Positions 28,571-42,795 of a stretch of 64,000 nt of DNA are shown here, in pieces. The stretch covers positions 62,001-126,000 of the forward strand of contig JAQGDQ010000364.1 of assembly GCA_030141605.1 (NCBI GenBank). Direction: 5' to 3'. The stretch comes from Tubiluchus corallicola. Taxonomy: Eukaryota > Animalia > Priapulida. The number at the start of each line of letters is the position of its first letter. The first letter of the stretch is position 1. Under the pieces are notes generated by a model. The model searched no databases and was not told where the DNA came from. It saw only the letters and a program-made list of their open reading frames with translations. A program made the translations under genes and the position numbers.

Positions 28571-28726
28571 AAATCGGCATTGAACTATACGATAGACCTG
28601 CAATTTATTAAAATAACAGGTCGCGAAAAGTGCTTAAAAACGTGCTAAAGGTTATTACTATTTAGACAAAATCAAAAGTTAGATTTAAGAAGAATGAAAC
28701 ACAAAACTTACTTGATGATTCTAGAG

Positions 28727-29362
28727 CAGTGGTTCCCAAACTTTCTCGGACCGTTACCCAAATCGGGAAACCCGGTCGTGTCCATTACCCCCCACCTAGT
28801 ACTACTCCAACTCAAAAAGTAAACACACGTATATGCCACAAGCAAGCAAAATTATTTATGTTTGCTCGTGACATAAATAAATTTCCAGGTGTTGTTGTTG
28901 TTGTATTGTTGCCAAAACAAGAATTACAATTACTGAACCTGCTGATTACTGAGTGAGCAAGTTCGTTCGAGTAATTATTACTCGAACAAACGAAAACAAG
29001 AAGAAATGAATGACAACAACAAAATCTACTTTTCCTTAGTATCAAAAAGATAGAGAGATAGTAAAGGGGGCCTAGCTTTCTCTAAACGCTGTGCAGAAAT
29101 GTCGATAGAGAAGAAACCAAAGAAACGATCGTGAACTTTGACTTCTCCCCAGGATCGCACCAGAGATCGTGGGAACGTGCGAATGATGGACCCCATGACA
29201 CAGTGTTGCCTGCCGGAGGCAGTCTCTTCAAGAAGAAAACTACGTAAAATGCATTCCGAGCGAAGTTTTAAAAATTTTCAGAGGGGTGCCCGTTAACCCC
29301 CCCCCCCCAAACCATATTACCCCGGGGGGGGGGGTAATTTACCCCTACTTTGGGAACCACTG
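28727..29362. mobile_element. hAT MITE
   Basis: TIR CAGTGGTTCCCAAA, 8-bp TSD TTCTAGAG. Confidence 0.92.
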
Positions 29363-30949
29363 TTCTAGAGATTTGAAGCCATTCTGACGAATTTAAACGA
29401 AGCAATTCTGACGAAGTAGATAGTGACTTGCATTTACTGGTGACAAAAATGGCTTGAAAATACGACTAATGACTGCTAAATTGTACCTTTGTCATAGCCC
29501 CAACACAAGAATGTATAATCACCGGCGAAGATTTGTCTGTTATGAAGAACTTTGAGGAGCAATAAGATCAACACTCGAGTCAGTTTTCCTATAACTATTT
29601 GCAATATATATGAATTTGCTCGTTGTCACAAACTATGTTAACAACGTGGAAGTGCACTATGGACTTGCTGGTTAACTATGCACATGGAAGAGCTGATTTA
29701 TTCATCTTAACGTCACACATCAAAATTCATATGTACGTGTACAAATCATCAGTCATCAATAACTTCAAGTAGTCCTCATAAAAGGCTTTGCATAAAAGAC
29801 ATCTGGTATAATTCAAGTTCAATAACACGACTGTGTATCAGATCCCATTCTCATATTATTAAGAATCTGCTTTTAGATGTTTTAATAATTATGCTGCATG
29901 CCTACAACAACGACTTCGAATTCAACTGCTTCTTTAATATCATCTTCTTAATTGCAGCTCTATACTTTTATGTGTATATTGAGTATTGTTTTTTATATCA
30001 TTCAAAATTGCAGTGCTATACTATTATATGTACATTGGGCATTGTTTTTTTATAATATAATCCAATATTGCAGCATTATGCTATGGTACATACACTGTAA
30101 ATTGTTTTTTTAATGTACATGTACTTTGCACACTGCAAGCCAGAATCCAGAATAATCTCAAGCCGGCTTCATAAGAACGTGTTTTGAGGGATTATCTACA
30201 ATATAGTTTTAAAATGAACCACTATATATACAATCTCCCTCTATGAGGTAGACAGCTGAGGTCCCAGAGTGAGCATAAAAACCCGTGGTAGCCAGTTCCG
30301 CTCAATGGTAGCCAGGCACTCATGAACTTTGCCATCCTTCTTATTGTACCAAGAGTACAAGTAAACTGATGCATATATATATATATATATCTGTGAAAAT
30401 AGTCTTCTTACTTCCGAAGGGTATTTGACAACTGTAAATAAACAACAGACCACACCGATTTCTAATCAATGCTACTTGTTTGCAGAGACATGACATCATT
30501 AACCAGAAAATACAAATTTATGCAATCTAACATCTTTGTTTCAACATTATACGATTCAACATCTTTGTTTGACTATCTGCCAAAAGTTAAATTAGTGCTA
30601 CCCACAGCAAAATACACGGTAAAGCTCAGAAGTCAGATTCAGTTAGATGAGGTTATAATGGGTAAGTAACAACCTAAAATTAGCGCACCCTTTGATTTCA
30701 CCTCATTTGGCTCCCAAGTTACCTGCTATGCATGTATTCCAACAAAATATATGAAAAACATCAACTGATTGAATGACATTTAATTCAAAACATGACATAG
30801 CTTGCAAAGATAAAGATGTTAGTAAAGCAGGTAATGCGATGTTAGTAAAGTAACATATCTACAGAAATTCAACTTTATAATAACAACTCATTGTAGTACC
30901 CTTGTAATTATATTACAGTATACAGTGTTGTAAGAAGCTATAATAGGTA

Positions 30950-31340
30950 TCTTAAAACATAATCTTTAAATGAGTTCTTAACCTTTAATTTTACATATAA
31001 GCATAACTTTGGAATTCTCAATTTGCAAGATTTTGCAATTTTCTCACAAAGTTTAATTTTCGACTATCTATTAAATAACTCGCAGGCATTGTGCCACAAA
31101 AATACATTAACAATTTGACGCTTTCATTTTGTCTGAAACCGAATATTTTCTATAAGCAGTGTTCCATTTTACCCTAATGGCATTAACTTCATTGTTTGAT
31201 ATACCCCCAATTTCGCATCCGTATAATAAAATGGGTAGACAACATGTATTGATAAGAGTTTTAGCTACTATGTCATTACGATTAATAAGCCTGTACACGT
31301 ATAATAGTGTAAAGAATAAGACAATATCCATAATTCTAGT
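30950..31340 (-). mobile_element. Degenerate CR1/L2-group LINE 3' fragment next to a (CA)n tract (31349-31436)
   Basis: LINTCCLPILLYGCEI...IRVKWNTAYRK motif; similar relic at about 5870-6120. Confidence 0.65.
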
Positions 31341-31387
31341 GTGAACAGCACACACACACGCACGCACACACGCATACACACACACAC

Positions 31388-31440
<53 letters not shown>

Positions 31441-32010
31441 TACAAGCATTCCAACATTCTTTTATCAAGATAGCTCATAGTTACAGTATATGATATCAAA
31501 GTATAGTTGTTTAACTTTTTAACTTTACATATTCCAAATGCCAATGGTATAGATATGACAATATCTTATACAAAATATACACGATATAGAGATAACACCA
31601 GTAATAATTTTAAATAAGTTATAGGTAGGCTAACAATCAATTACAATGAGCAGCGCAAATGATTATCAGCTCAGATCAAAAGGTAAATTTGTAATATCTG
31701 AGTCGAACAAGTAATATGGAATAATGGGAGTACAAGAGATGCAAAGGCATAAATTAATCACATTATTGCCATATTAAACACATATAATTAATTAGCACTT
31801 AATTCCTTCCACACCAGGAAACGCATAAGAATGTGACATTCTACTTCCAGTCCCCCTGCCCAGTGCTTTGACATATATAGAAACATCACACGAGTAAAAA
31901 AAACACGAGTATCGCAATATAACTGGCACTTATGAAGAACGAAAATGTCAAAATCGGTACCAAAAAAAGTACCAAAACTTTACAAATTAAGCACATGTAA
32001 ACGAAGTTTA

Positions 32011-34722
32011 TTATATATTTTGTGCTTCAAACATATTGCATGCCACAGGGTCAGGAAGTAAGTTATACGTTCTTGTGAAATTTTGTGTATTAAACTTTCC
32101 TCTAGATGACGTCCTCGGTGGGAAGTTCAAGGTCACTAAATCAGCATCATCAATGTAATCTTGTTGCTCAAATACCAGCATGATATAACGATGCAATCCT
32201 GTTCAAAATTATCAAGCTGTTAATATTTTCATGACAATAGTGCTTGATTAAATTTTAGATCTTGTGATAAAGTAGCATAGATCACTTAATAATAATAATA
32301 ATAATAATTATAATAATAATAATAATAATAATAATAATTTCGTTTAGGACGTAGTCCGGGGATAACACCTTAAGTAACTCAATACTTATTTTGAACCAAG
32401 ATGGTCCTGAGTATTATTACCTGCATGTTACTTTCAATAAAGCCACGTGCTTGGTCGAAGAATCAGCAGGTCCATTTTTAAGTCTTTGAACGACTCGGTT
32501 AAGACAAGGTACCTCCCGGAAGGGGAGTGAGCTACACCACCTAGTACTTTCAGTGATTGTTGGCTCGTATGGAAGGCTTGCTGAACTGTTCATAAAAACT
32601 CAGTAAAAAATCCTAACTGTAAATGCATGTACTAAATATACTAAAAAATCAAATTTTAAGTAAGTATCAGTGAGTAATCAAAATTTCTATCAGTATCCAT
32701 CCTCACAGTAGTTGCAAAACAGTGGTGTTAGCTTAATCAAGTTATTTTAATTTTACATACTATTAAAAAAATAAGTCTTTCTATCTTTTATATCATCCCA
32801 TATATGCTTCATTCATTACATCATTCCATTTTAAGCACTAATGTTTTTTTTAACACGATTCACTTTAAATTTTCAGATTATCTCCATTACTTTTTTTCTG
32901 TCACTGTGTGGGACAATCTAACAAGCCCTGCTTTTTGATTGCCCACAACACATTTACCTTCGTGTACAAGTGAACAGTGTTTGAGGCTTTTCCTGTGCTG
33001 TATTTCTTATTTGTATTATAGCCATTGTAGGCCCTTTCACTAGATATTGTATATGTAACCATTGTAAATGTGTAATGTGAAATAAATGACTTATGCATAT
33101 GTAGATATTGACAGAATGCATGTACGTACTTAATTAGCACGTAAAACAAAAGTAGTAGACGAATATGCCAAAAAAGTGTTATCGCATCCACAACTTTGAA
33201 ACCATCCTTCGTTAATCTACATAATTGGAATGCACTATTATTTTTTACCTGTATTTGGGGGTGGAGTTGGAGGATCATACGTTGCAGCCACGTGACCCGG
33301 GCGATCGGGCGGGACGTAAGGTACATTAAGTGTTAAGCTATGTATCCATACTGTGTCACCAGATTTTGATGCAGGCATTGATCGACTTGGTGCATCCACG
33401 TCTAGCGCAAAAAACAAAATTGACGTAAATTAGCATGCTAAATGCTGTACCATAAAATAGTATAGATGGTTTGACTCTAGTTTTTATCAATAATGTAACA
33501 ACAGTGAACTAAAACACCTAACACAGCTTCAAAACATCTACACTACTCTTTCAACCAGGGTAACGTTGTGTGTTATTGTTGGAGTTTTTTGCTTTCTCTT
33601 CTTTTGCTTGCTTAACGTACCGGCAACTATAATAACGCACGGTATAGAGCATAGACAATGTAATGGCTTATTTGGTTCAAAACTTAAGCTTACCAGGCTT
33701 CATAAGTAACCAAAAAATTCCATATCTGCTAAAGATGTCAAAATATGAGCTAATACGATTCAATAGAATAACTGATACATCTTGAGGATGTACCACTTTT
33801 TTGTTTAATGACACTTTAATGTCAAACCTTAGAAAATATTTAATTTTTGCGTCTGACAGATCTACAGAATATTTTTTATGCCCACATTGTGAAAGTTGTA
33901 ACTGTATATTTTAGGTGCTGCCATCTGTTGACTAATCACTTTACATTTTACTAGTTAAACTCACCCCTAGTACAATTGCTCGGTCCAGTGAATATGCAAA
34001 CTCACTGGATCTCCCCTATTTTTACTATAATGGGATATGTGAAGCCAAGTTTTTGCATAGTTCTCTACCTATATATACTGGCTGGATTTCAGTTCTAGCC
34101 ACTGTCTCTCTGTCACGCTCTCAGTGACGTGCAGTCGATCTACTTATGTTACTCTCTGTCATGCTCTCAGTGCAGTGCAGTGCAGTCGTGCTACACACTG
34201 TCTAACTCACACTCTCAGTGCAGTGCTGCAGTCGTGATCCTCATTTTACTCATGTGTATTTAGTATAATAAACGTGTTTCAGTTTGTGCAGATAGGTAAT
34301 ATAGTGTTTATTCGTTTTCTACAAAGTGTTCAACTTCAACCTCATACATGACTTTCACACACATAATTTGTTATTAGCTTTTTATGCGAGGACCTCAGGT
34401 CAGCTTTATGAGTTGTAAATAAACAAATATTTCGGAAGGTGAAATTTGCACCAAAATTTGCCTCAAAATTGCTCAAATGTTTGACACTGACTGCCATACG
34501 TGATTCAAAGCACATCATCTGTCGACCTGAGGTGCCAGTCTGGACACACGTCTGTCCATTGGAAACAGGAAAAACATTCCATTGTATGTAGTATCCATTA
34601 TTAAAATACTAATATTCTAATATTTTACGTTACTAGTTACTAATTGTATAATTACCTATCATCATAAGTGTATATCTCAAGTCGCAGGAGGCAGGCCAGC
34701 TGATGTTTGGACGATTAGTGGC
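32011..34722 (-). CDS. Phosphatidylethanolamine-binding protein (PEBP/RKIP family), last three exons; 5' exons tentative
   Basis: Exons 34656-34722 (ATNRPNISWPASCDLRYTLMMI), 33249-33401 (DVDAPSRS..WIH..YDPPTPPPNT), 32011-32198 (GLHRYIMLVFEQ..SRGKFNTQNFTRTYNLLPDPVACNMFEAQNI*); GT-AG, phases match, PEBP motifs YTLxMxDxDAPS and PxPPxxTGxHRY. Tentative upstream exons 35075-35218, 35757-35836, 36524-36623. Confidence 0.9.
32288..32545 (-). mobile_element. SINE with (TAT)n tail in PEBP intron
   Basis: Core CAAAGACTTAAAAATGGACCTGCTG shared with the 15840-15990 element; ends in a trinucleotide tail. Confidence 0.55.
33888..34359 (+). mobile_element. Solo LTR in PEBP intron
   Basis: Inverted termini TGTGAAAGT...ACTTTCACA, 5-bp TSD CACAT, internal TATATATA and AATAAA. 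Confidence 0.85.
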
Positions 34723-35325
34723 CTGTAAAATTTAAATTCAACTAAGAAAGAATTAAAACCTAAATCAAACCTTTTGGGCATTTAACACAAACCTAGAAAA
34801 ACTAAAAACTGCCCATGAATCCTAACATAGTCGTACACAAAACTTTTAAGGCTCTAGCACAAAAGTGTGCTAACAAAGATAAAGAAATAACTATACAAAG
34901 TTCAGTGCACTGTAACATCATGCCAAATTGCAAATGAGGACTGACGATCATCTACGCAGATGAAAAGATGTTCTATGCACACTAACTTGCAATAACTCTG
35001 TTACAAAATGGCATGTTACAGCACATTACAAACGTTGTTACATAAACACAAGATCCCTAATACTTTTTATTTACACAAGACGGAAATGCGGGGCCTATTA
35101 GCAGAGATGTTTGTGGCAAGACCGACTCATTAAGAAGGACGTTTTGAAATATGAGCCATTGATTTCTGTATCATATTGTGTCCCTAGGTTGACTCACGTA
35201 CGAATAATGTAAATAAATCTACATTAATAGTAGCAATGATTATGAACAGGTAGATCTTAGCTTTGGCATCGAAGAGGGTGTGCAGGATGTGTGGACAGCA
35301 TTGGCCTTGGGTGTAAGAACAGCTC

Positions 35326-35552
35326 CCCAGGCAGTACACAATATTGTAATCACATTGGTACAATATATGATATTTTGGTTCAATATTAGTGCAACATTTG
35401 GAGCAAGATTTCGTCCGCTAATGGAAACACATGGTTCACACATATTGACAGCAAACTATTAGTGCAACGTTGTGGCAAGTTCACATTTCCATATGGTAAG
35501 CATATTTGCAAAAATAATGTGACAACACTGGTACAATATTGTCGTGCTGCCT
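35326..35552. mobile_element. Short MITE
   Basis: TIRs CCAGGCAGTACACAATATTGT / ACAATATTGTCGTGCTGCCTGG; related element at about 36140-36439. Confidence 0.7.
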
Positions 35553-37073
35553 GGCTCTGTCCAATGGGTCTGGCCAATGGTGGCATTGGCCAGAGCCAGT
35601 GCAGTATAACTGGTGCTTTATTAAAAATTACGGTACTATATTTCCTTAAGATATAATTGCGGTTCGATTACGCACATGTGTTTGCTATAATAGAGGGTAC
35701 GTTACACGTTTAAGGGACCGACATTATGCTACTTATCTGTGTGTCACCTATCTTACGTTCTTTAGTACTAATCCAATTCCAGGACAGACATCCGTTGCAT
35801 AAAAACCAAAAAGAAATGAGTAGTATTTTAGTTTATCTGTACATCTGCATTTTACATGGTATTTTGGCTCCAGGTCAGTTTTTATGGAGGCTGTCTAAGC
35901 AGACAGGTGGTAAAATATGGTGCCCTAAAACGATTTTCAGAGAACGATCAATTTTTACAAACCTGTGCAGGTTGCAACTGATCCAGCTTGCTAGTAATAT
36001 TTACATTGATTGCTCCATATCGACACTGAAAAAAAATAAAAAACAGAAATGTGAAGTAACAAGTTTTGATGTGTAACTGTTTTCAGCATAAAGAAACACT
36101 TTTGTGTTGGGAATTATTATATGCAAGAGTAGTTACTAGATGTCGTGACAATGTAGCACGATGACAATATTGTACCAATGTTGTTACAGTATTATTATAA
36201 ATATAGATACCATATATATGGGAAATGTGGGCTTGCCACGACATTCTACCAATATTTTTATCAATATATGTAAACCATGTGTTTCCAATATTGGACAAGA
36301 ATATTGGTTCAATATTGTACCAATAATGGGCCAAAAAATCCTATGGCCAATATGGCGGCTATAGTTTCCGAACATATTTGTTGTCAGGATCCTGACAAGA
36401 TCGTGACCACATGATGACAATATTGTCTGTGCTGCCTGGCACGTATTGTGCATTTTACAAATTTGCAAGTCTTCATGATAAAATTATATGCAAGAAATTA
36501 AATAACAAGCCTAATTGCCTCACATAAGTCTTGGCAGGTTTTACTTGTCACTGCATTTAGCAGAACAAATCTCTCAGTTAGTGCATCTAAAAGTAACTGC
36601 TTCTGTCCCCCACTGAGGCAAATCTGCAATATCAAATAGCCATGAATGCAAAAGTGATGAACACTTAACAAACCAAAAAACAAATAGATGGATGAATACG
36701 CGGAATAGGAATAAATGACAGAATGAATGAAAGAATGAACGAGTAAATGAATTAACAAACAAACGAATGAATGAACAAAATAAGAAATAAACATAACTTT
36801 CTCAGATAATGTAATGGCATAATTTTATCCAATTTGCCTTGGTGTAAAATTTATCAAATCAACCTTGTATTTATTTACCCAAAAATTTTTGCCAACTGGG
36901 TAAAATCTCCTTGAAAATTCGTGGTTTTAGTTAATTTGTCCCAAGACGAAAATTTTATCCCACCATTTTAATTATGATCAATAACACAGAATATCTGTTT
37001 CTAATGAACTAGAAGTAGAAGTTACAGCTATAAGGGCCAGCAGGCCAACACATTATCCTTCTAGTCGAGTATT

Positions 37074-37320
37074 CTAATACTGTAACGGTGCCTATAATAC
37101 AATCAGACATGCAGCCCATTAAGCTAGTTGTCATTACTTATTAGTACAATTTTTTACAAAAATTCACTTACCAACTGTAAAAGTAAAAATAATAGGGTAT
37201 TGTAATACTGTAACAGTGCCTATAATACAATCAGACATACAGCCCATTAAGCTAGTTGTCATTACTTATTAGTATAATTTTTTATAAAAATTCACTTACC
37301 AACTGTAAAGTAAAAATTAA
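37074..37320. repeat. 128-bp tandem duplication
   Basis: Two copies beginning TAATACTGTAAC(G/A)GTGCCTATAATAC. Confidence 0.9.
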
Positions 37321-38864
37321 TACATGTATCTTGATCACAAAAGTGAACATCTCTGTCAGAGTCTTGTAAAGATTCGGCAAATATTTCTGCAATATAATCA
37401 GCACAAAGCACTTAAGCGAGAAACTAAGAGTGCCTAGATAAATAAATGCTAATAAATTGAAGAAATAAGCGCCACTTGGGAGGACTGATATTCAGCCTGA
37501 CTCTGTATCTTCTCTTGAACAACGCTGTGATAATATAGATCTTATTAACTGTTAAAAGTGTTATAAAATCATTAGTGGTAGTTCTATTTTCCACGTAGAC
37601 ACAATTCTAAATTATTTGTAGAATACTCTTGCACTAATGTCAGAGCTCATTTCTTCTCTTCTAGTGTTGTGGGCCTTTAGAATTCACTTAATAGTGAAAT
37701 AGCTGACACAGCAAATCTGCCACAATTCGCAAATTGTTGAGGAGAGACCGTCAACTAATGACCGTGTTATGGTTAGATCTCTTAGACTTCGCAAACAAGT
37801 ATTAATAGTAAAATATTTAAAAAATGTAACCTGTACGCCTACTAAGGCTGTATACTTAAGTCAGTTTACGTCAATTTAAAAATGTAAAGCTTAACTATGA
37901 CAAATTTCGAAACTATGACAACAGCATAATAATAATAACAGAATGCCTGTAGTTATACTGTAATGCTGTAAGCTTCCTAAAACTCATCTAATTATAGGCC
38001 CTAATCTACAAGTGTAACAATCATTTAATATTACAGGAAGAAATGTTGCTAAAAAATTTTAATTGAGGCAATGGAAATAAAAGAATCGCACATTACTATA
38101 TAATTATTGCTTTATTGTGAAGAAAGAACACGACCCATGGAATCGTATTGTTATCCTCATACCCTGTTAACGGTGCACACTGTACAGTTGAATGTTTCCG
38201 CGTAATCAGTAATCACCTCAATTGTCTGCATCGAACATGCATGACAATGATCGTTTCATTTTCACGTTTCCCGCCTGTGTTGCGCCACATTGCGCACTGC
38301 GCAGCACACAGGTTTTTGGATTACAATTTCGATGCATTTTTCACGCTCTCTACATATATCATATGTTCATCATTGTGACAATGAGCTGAGAGAATACGAC
38401 ATTGTAGCTTTCATAGATCAGCACAATATAAAAAATTTTAGTATAATAATACTAACCTATATACATATTTACTTGATATGTAGATTGTTATTATCATCAT
38501 CATTATCATTATTGTTGTTGTTGTTGATGTTGTTATTGTTATGCAAAATGCTTACAGGGAAAACGTGATTGAACACAGTGCTCTTTTACAACAAGCAGCA
38601 AACAATGATGATTATTATAGGTTAGATAATGATATTTGAAGCAAACGTAGTATAGATATATATATAATGTGTGTTTTTGTGACAAAACAAAGTTGACGGT
38701 TAGATAAGGTACTTGCCAAAACTGGAACAAATTTTTGACATATTTCCTGGAACAGCAATTCAAAATGAGTGCAAGAACACGTGTCATTGTTTCTATAATT
38801 ACTGCCACCTATTGCTAGAACAAAAGACTAACACTTTATTATGATAATAAAATGGCAGGTAACA

Positions 38865-39019
38865 GCGAAGAACTAGTGGCGCGACTGCAAAATTATGTTT
38901 GTGTGGTAATAATTCTTTAACGTAAGTCATTTTTGAAAAAATAGTATGTTTTCCTTCAATATTTTAAAAAGTAAATTGCTCTGACATACAGTTTAAGATT
39001 GGGTCCAGTTTTCCTTTAA
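38865..39019. repeat. Dispersed transposon end terminating in CCTTTAA
   Basis: Copies at about 41173-41325 and 56680-56824. Confidence 0.7.
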
Positions 39020-39114
39020 TGTTTCTTTACAAACCTTATTTATTTAACCTATTATGTTATTTGTTGTCTAATGTTTCTTCATAATATTGTTATTGTACCT
39101 GAGTACTAATAAAT

Positions 39115-39496
<382 letters not shown>

Positions 39497-41823
39497 TAAT
39501 GCTTGCACTGGAGATTGTGGAGCTGTTATTCCACCCTCCTGTTCCCAAGGGCAATTATGAGTGGCGTAGTGATGTCGCCTCCCTTCTATTTTATTTCCCC
39601 TTCCCATACATCTCCTCTGTGCAGTTTCCAGATCTTCGACAGAAAAGTAACGTTAATGTTAATATAGTGCCTAAGAACAGTGCACACCAAAAAGGAATTT
39701 AATGCTATCTTGAATATTAATAAATCAATTATGAATATTAGTAAATAAATTTTGAATACTCGTAACTCATAAGTGATTCATTAATATTAAAAATGAATTA
39801 TGAATATTCAAAATGGATTTATAGTTAAAAAATGTTATAATTATTATAACTATAATAAGCGTTGAATTACACTTCGGCATTCCATAAAAACTCTTCAGCT
39901 AAATTACCTAACATATATCAACCTAGACGTAGAGAAAAGAAATCAAAGTTCAATGTATAAAAACATTTCACGAGACAAATTTGACTTAAATAGCCAGTCT
40001 TTTGCATGACGACATAGGATTCCTTTCTCTAGTTACAAAATCGCTTCAAACATTATTGAATTTTGACAATTTCAAATTAGGGAAACATCTGGTTAGGTAA
40101 TTAAAGACCTAAAATTTTGATAATGAAAGGAAAGGTCAACTCTTGTGGGAAGTTAGGCTTATTTCAATGTACGCGAAAAATGTTACAAGGATTTAGTAAT
40201 AAAACTGCAATAAACGCCTCGTGTAACCAGTAAAGTCACCTTAAAGTCGCGATCACTTCCTGCTTGGACGCTCCCATTTTCAACGCCCAATCTTCTTCCA
40301 ATGACGTCATTCGTCTTGAAGAAAACTCGCGCAATGTCAATCTTCATCAAAAATATAAATTTTACAAAAAAAAACAAATAGCTAATTTGTAATATTTTTG
40401 CATGAACATTAGGTAAACTGCAGGAATTTGAATTAGTTGAAGCAGCGCACATACGAAAGCACGTGAAATCTTGCAGTTACGCCATAGTTTTCAAGTGAAT
40501 GGTGGCGATCACCACGCCTGAAAATTTCTATTCAGAGGTAGTATATTTTACATTTATGCTAAATAATCAGTTCTTTGCTAATTTCTTTGTTATATTTTTC
40601 TAAATTTAAGTGATAACAATAAAATAAACTTGTTCAACGAGTGACTTGTTCTTTCCTTTTTAGGTTTGTGTGTTTTAATTAATCTTCTATAAATTAGCAT
40701 AATTATTAATATGACGTCTTAGCAGTTTGCCTAATTATAAAATCGCTTCGTACATTGTATTGCATTTCCACAATTTCAAATTAAGTAGACATCTAATTAA
40801 GTAATTAAAGAACTAAGATTAATACTAGAAAAGCGTTTATGATAATTAAATAATAGATTAAAATCTTATTTAACGACGGGCGAGCCCAACCATTAATGAC
40901 ATCACAAACGAACATAATTTTCAATAGCAAAAATATTCCACGAGCGTGTTGCACGTATTTGCAAAAGCAAAAGTTGAAGTTTGGTGCTACTGTAAGATAT
41001 TCAGTTTCTTGTACTAAAACTAGGTAAGTTTTAAGATGAAAAGTCAAATTTCAATTTACCGCTGTGCTCACACATGAGCTGTCAAACGTGTGTACCTCGT
41101 CACAAACTAAGACATCTGAACTGAGAGGTACAGCAGCTGTTTTCTAGCGAATGGCGAAATGCGTGTAACACCGAAGAACTAGTTGCCCGATCGTGAAGTT
41201 GTATTTGTGTGGTAATAATTCTCTCACGTAAGTCATTTTTGAAAAAATAGTATGTTTCGTGTCAATATTTTAAAGAGTAGATTGTTTTGACGTACAGTTT
41301 AAGATTGGGCCCGGTTTTGTTTTAATTCTCAATAGCATAGATAGCGACAATGAACAAAAAAATTATCATTAAAAAAACAAGGAAAAGGGAAGAAAGGATA
41401 CGTTTCGAACTACCTCGGTGGTTCTTCTTCATGTTAATATCTTCACGTTAACAAAACACAAAGACAAAAAGTAGAAGCAAAACGCAAACAATTACTAGAA
41501 CTACTCAACTAATTTTCTGGGAGTTTAAGGCTGAAACACAGACGCAGAGGCAGATGGGGGTGAAATACAGAAGTATAAAATCAATTTTTATAGTCACAGT
41601 GTTTAGTACAAGAGGTTTGCAGATCGCTGATGTTCCAAACGACATTTTTCCTTTTCGCCAAAAGTTATTGCAGGACTTTGTTAGAAGCTAATACGTGCAC
41701 TCATCGTTCACTTCACTGTGTCCCAATTCATTGCCCCAATACAGAAGCATAGGGTGATGGGAAAACCTGTACTGCGTGTTATCCTCGTGTGTTGATCTTC
41801 GTCAATAGTATAGGGAGAAGAAC

Positions 41824-42795
41824 AGTTGAATAAGTTTTGTAATGTCTCTAGTTGAATAAGTATTGTAATGTTTCTACTTGAATAAGTATTGTAATGTTTC
41901 TACTTGAATAAGCTTTGTAATGTCTCTAGTTGAATAAGTATTGTAATGCTTCTACTTGAATAAGCTTTGTAATGTTTCTACTTGAATAAGTATTGTAATG
42001 TTTCTACTTGAATAAGCTTTGTAATGTCTCTAGTTGAATAAGTATTGTAATGTTTCTACTTGAATAAGCTTTGTAATGTTTTTAGTTGAATAAGTATTGT
42101 AATGCTTCTACTTGAATAAGCTTTGTAATGTTTTTAGTTGAATAAGTATTGTAATGTTTCTAGCTGAATAAGCTTTGTAATGTTTCTAGTTGAATAGTAT
42201 TGTAATGTTTCTAGTTGAATAAGTTTTGTAATGTTTCTAGTTGAATAAGTATTGTAATGTTTCTAGTTGAATAAGCTTTGTAATGTTTCTAGTTGAATAA
42301 GTATTGTAATGTTTCTAGTTGAATAAGCTGTGTAATGTTTCTAGTTGAGTAAGTATTGTAATGTTTCTAGCTGAATAAGCTTTGTAATGTTTCTAGTTGA
42401 GTAAGTATTGTAATGTTTCTAGCTGAATAAGCTTTGTAATGTTTCTAGTTGAGTAAGTATTGTAATGTTTCTAGTTGAATAGTATTGTAATGTTTCTACT
42501 TGAATAAGTATTGTAATGTTTCTAGTTGAATAAGCTTTGTAATATTTCTAGTTGAATAAGTATTGTAATGTTTCTAGTTGAATAAGCTTTGTAATGTTTC
42601 TAGTTGAATAAGTTTTGTAATGTTTCTAGCTGAATAAGCTTTGTAATTTTCTAGCTGAATAAGCTTTGTAATGTTTCTAGTTGAGTAAGTATTGTAATGT
42701 TTCTAGCTGAATAAGCTTTGTAATGTTTCTAGTTGAATAAGCTTTGCAATGTTTCTAGTTGAATAATATGTATTGTAAGTATTGTAATGTTTCTG
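41824..42795. repeat. 26-bp minisatellite, about 37 copies
   Basis: Unit AGTTGAATAAG(TA/CT)TTGTAATGTTTCT. Confidence 0.96.

Noticed and set aside
34940-34975. CTGACGA-hairpin-AAAA hammerhead-like motif
   Set aside because: No pairing for stems I and III.
40183-40452. ORF considered as PEBP 5' exon
   Set aside because: It is a dispersed repeat, with an inverted diverged copy at about 10900-11250.
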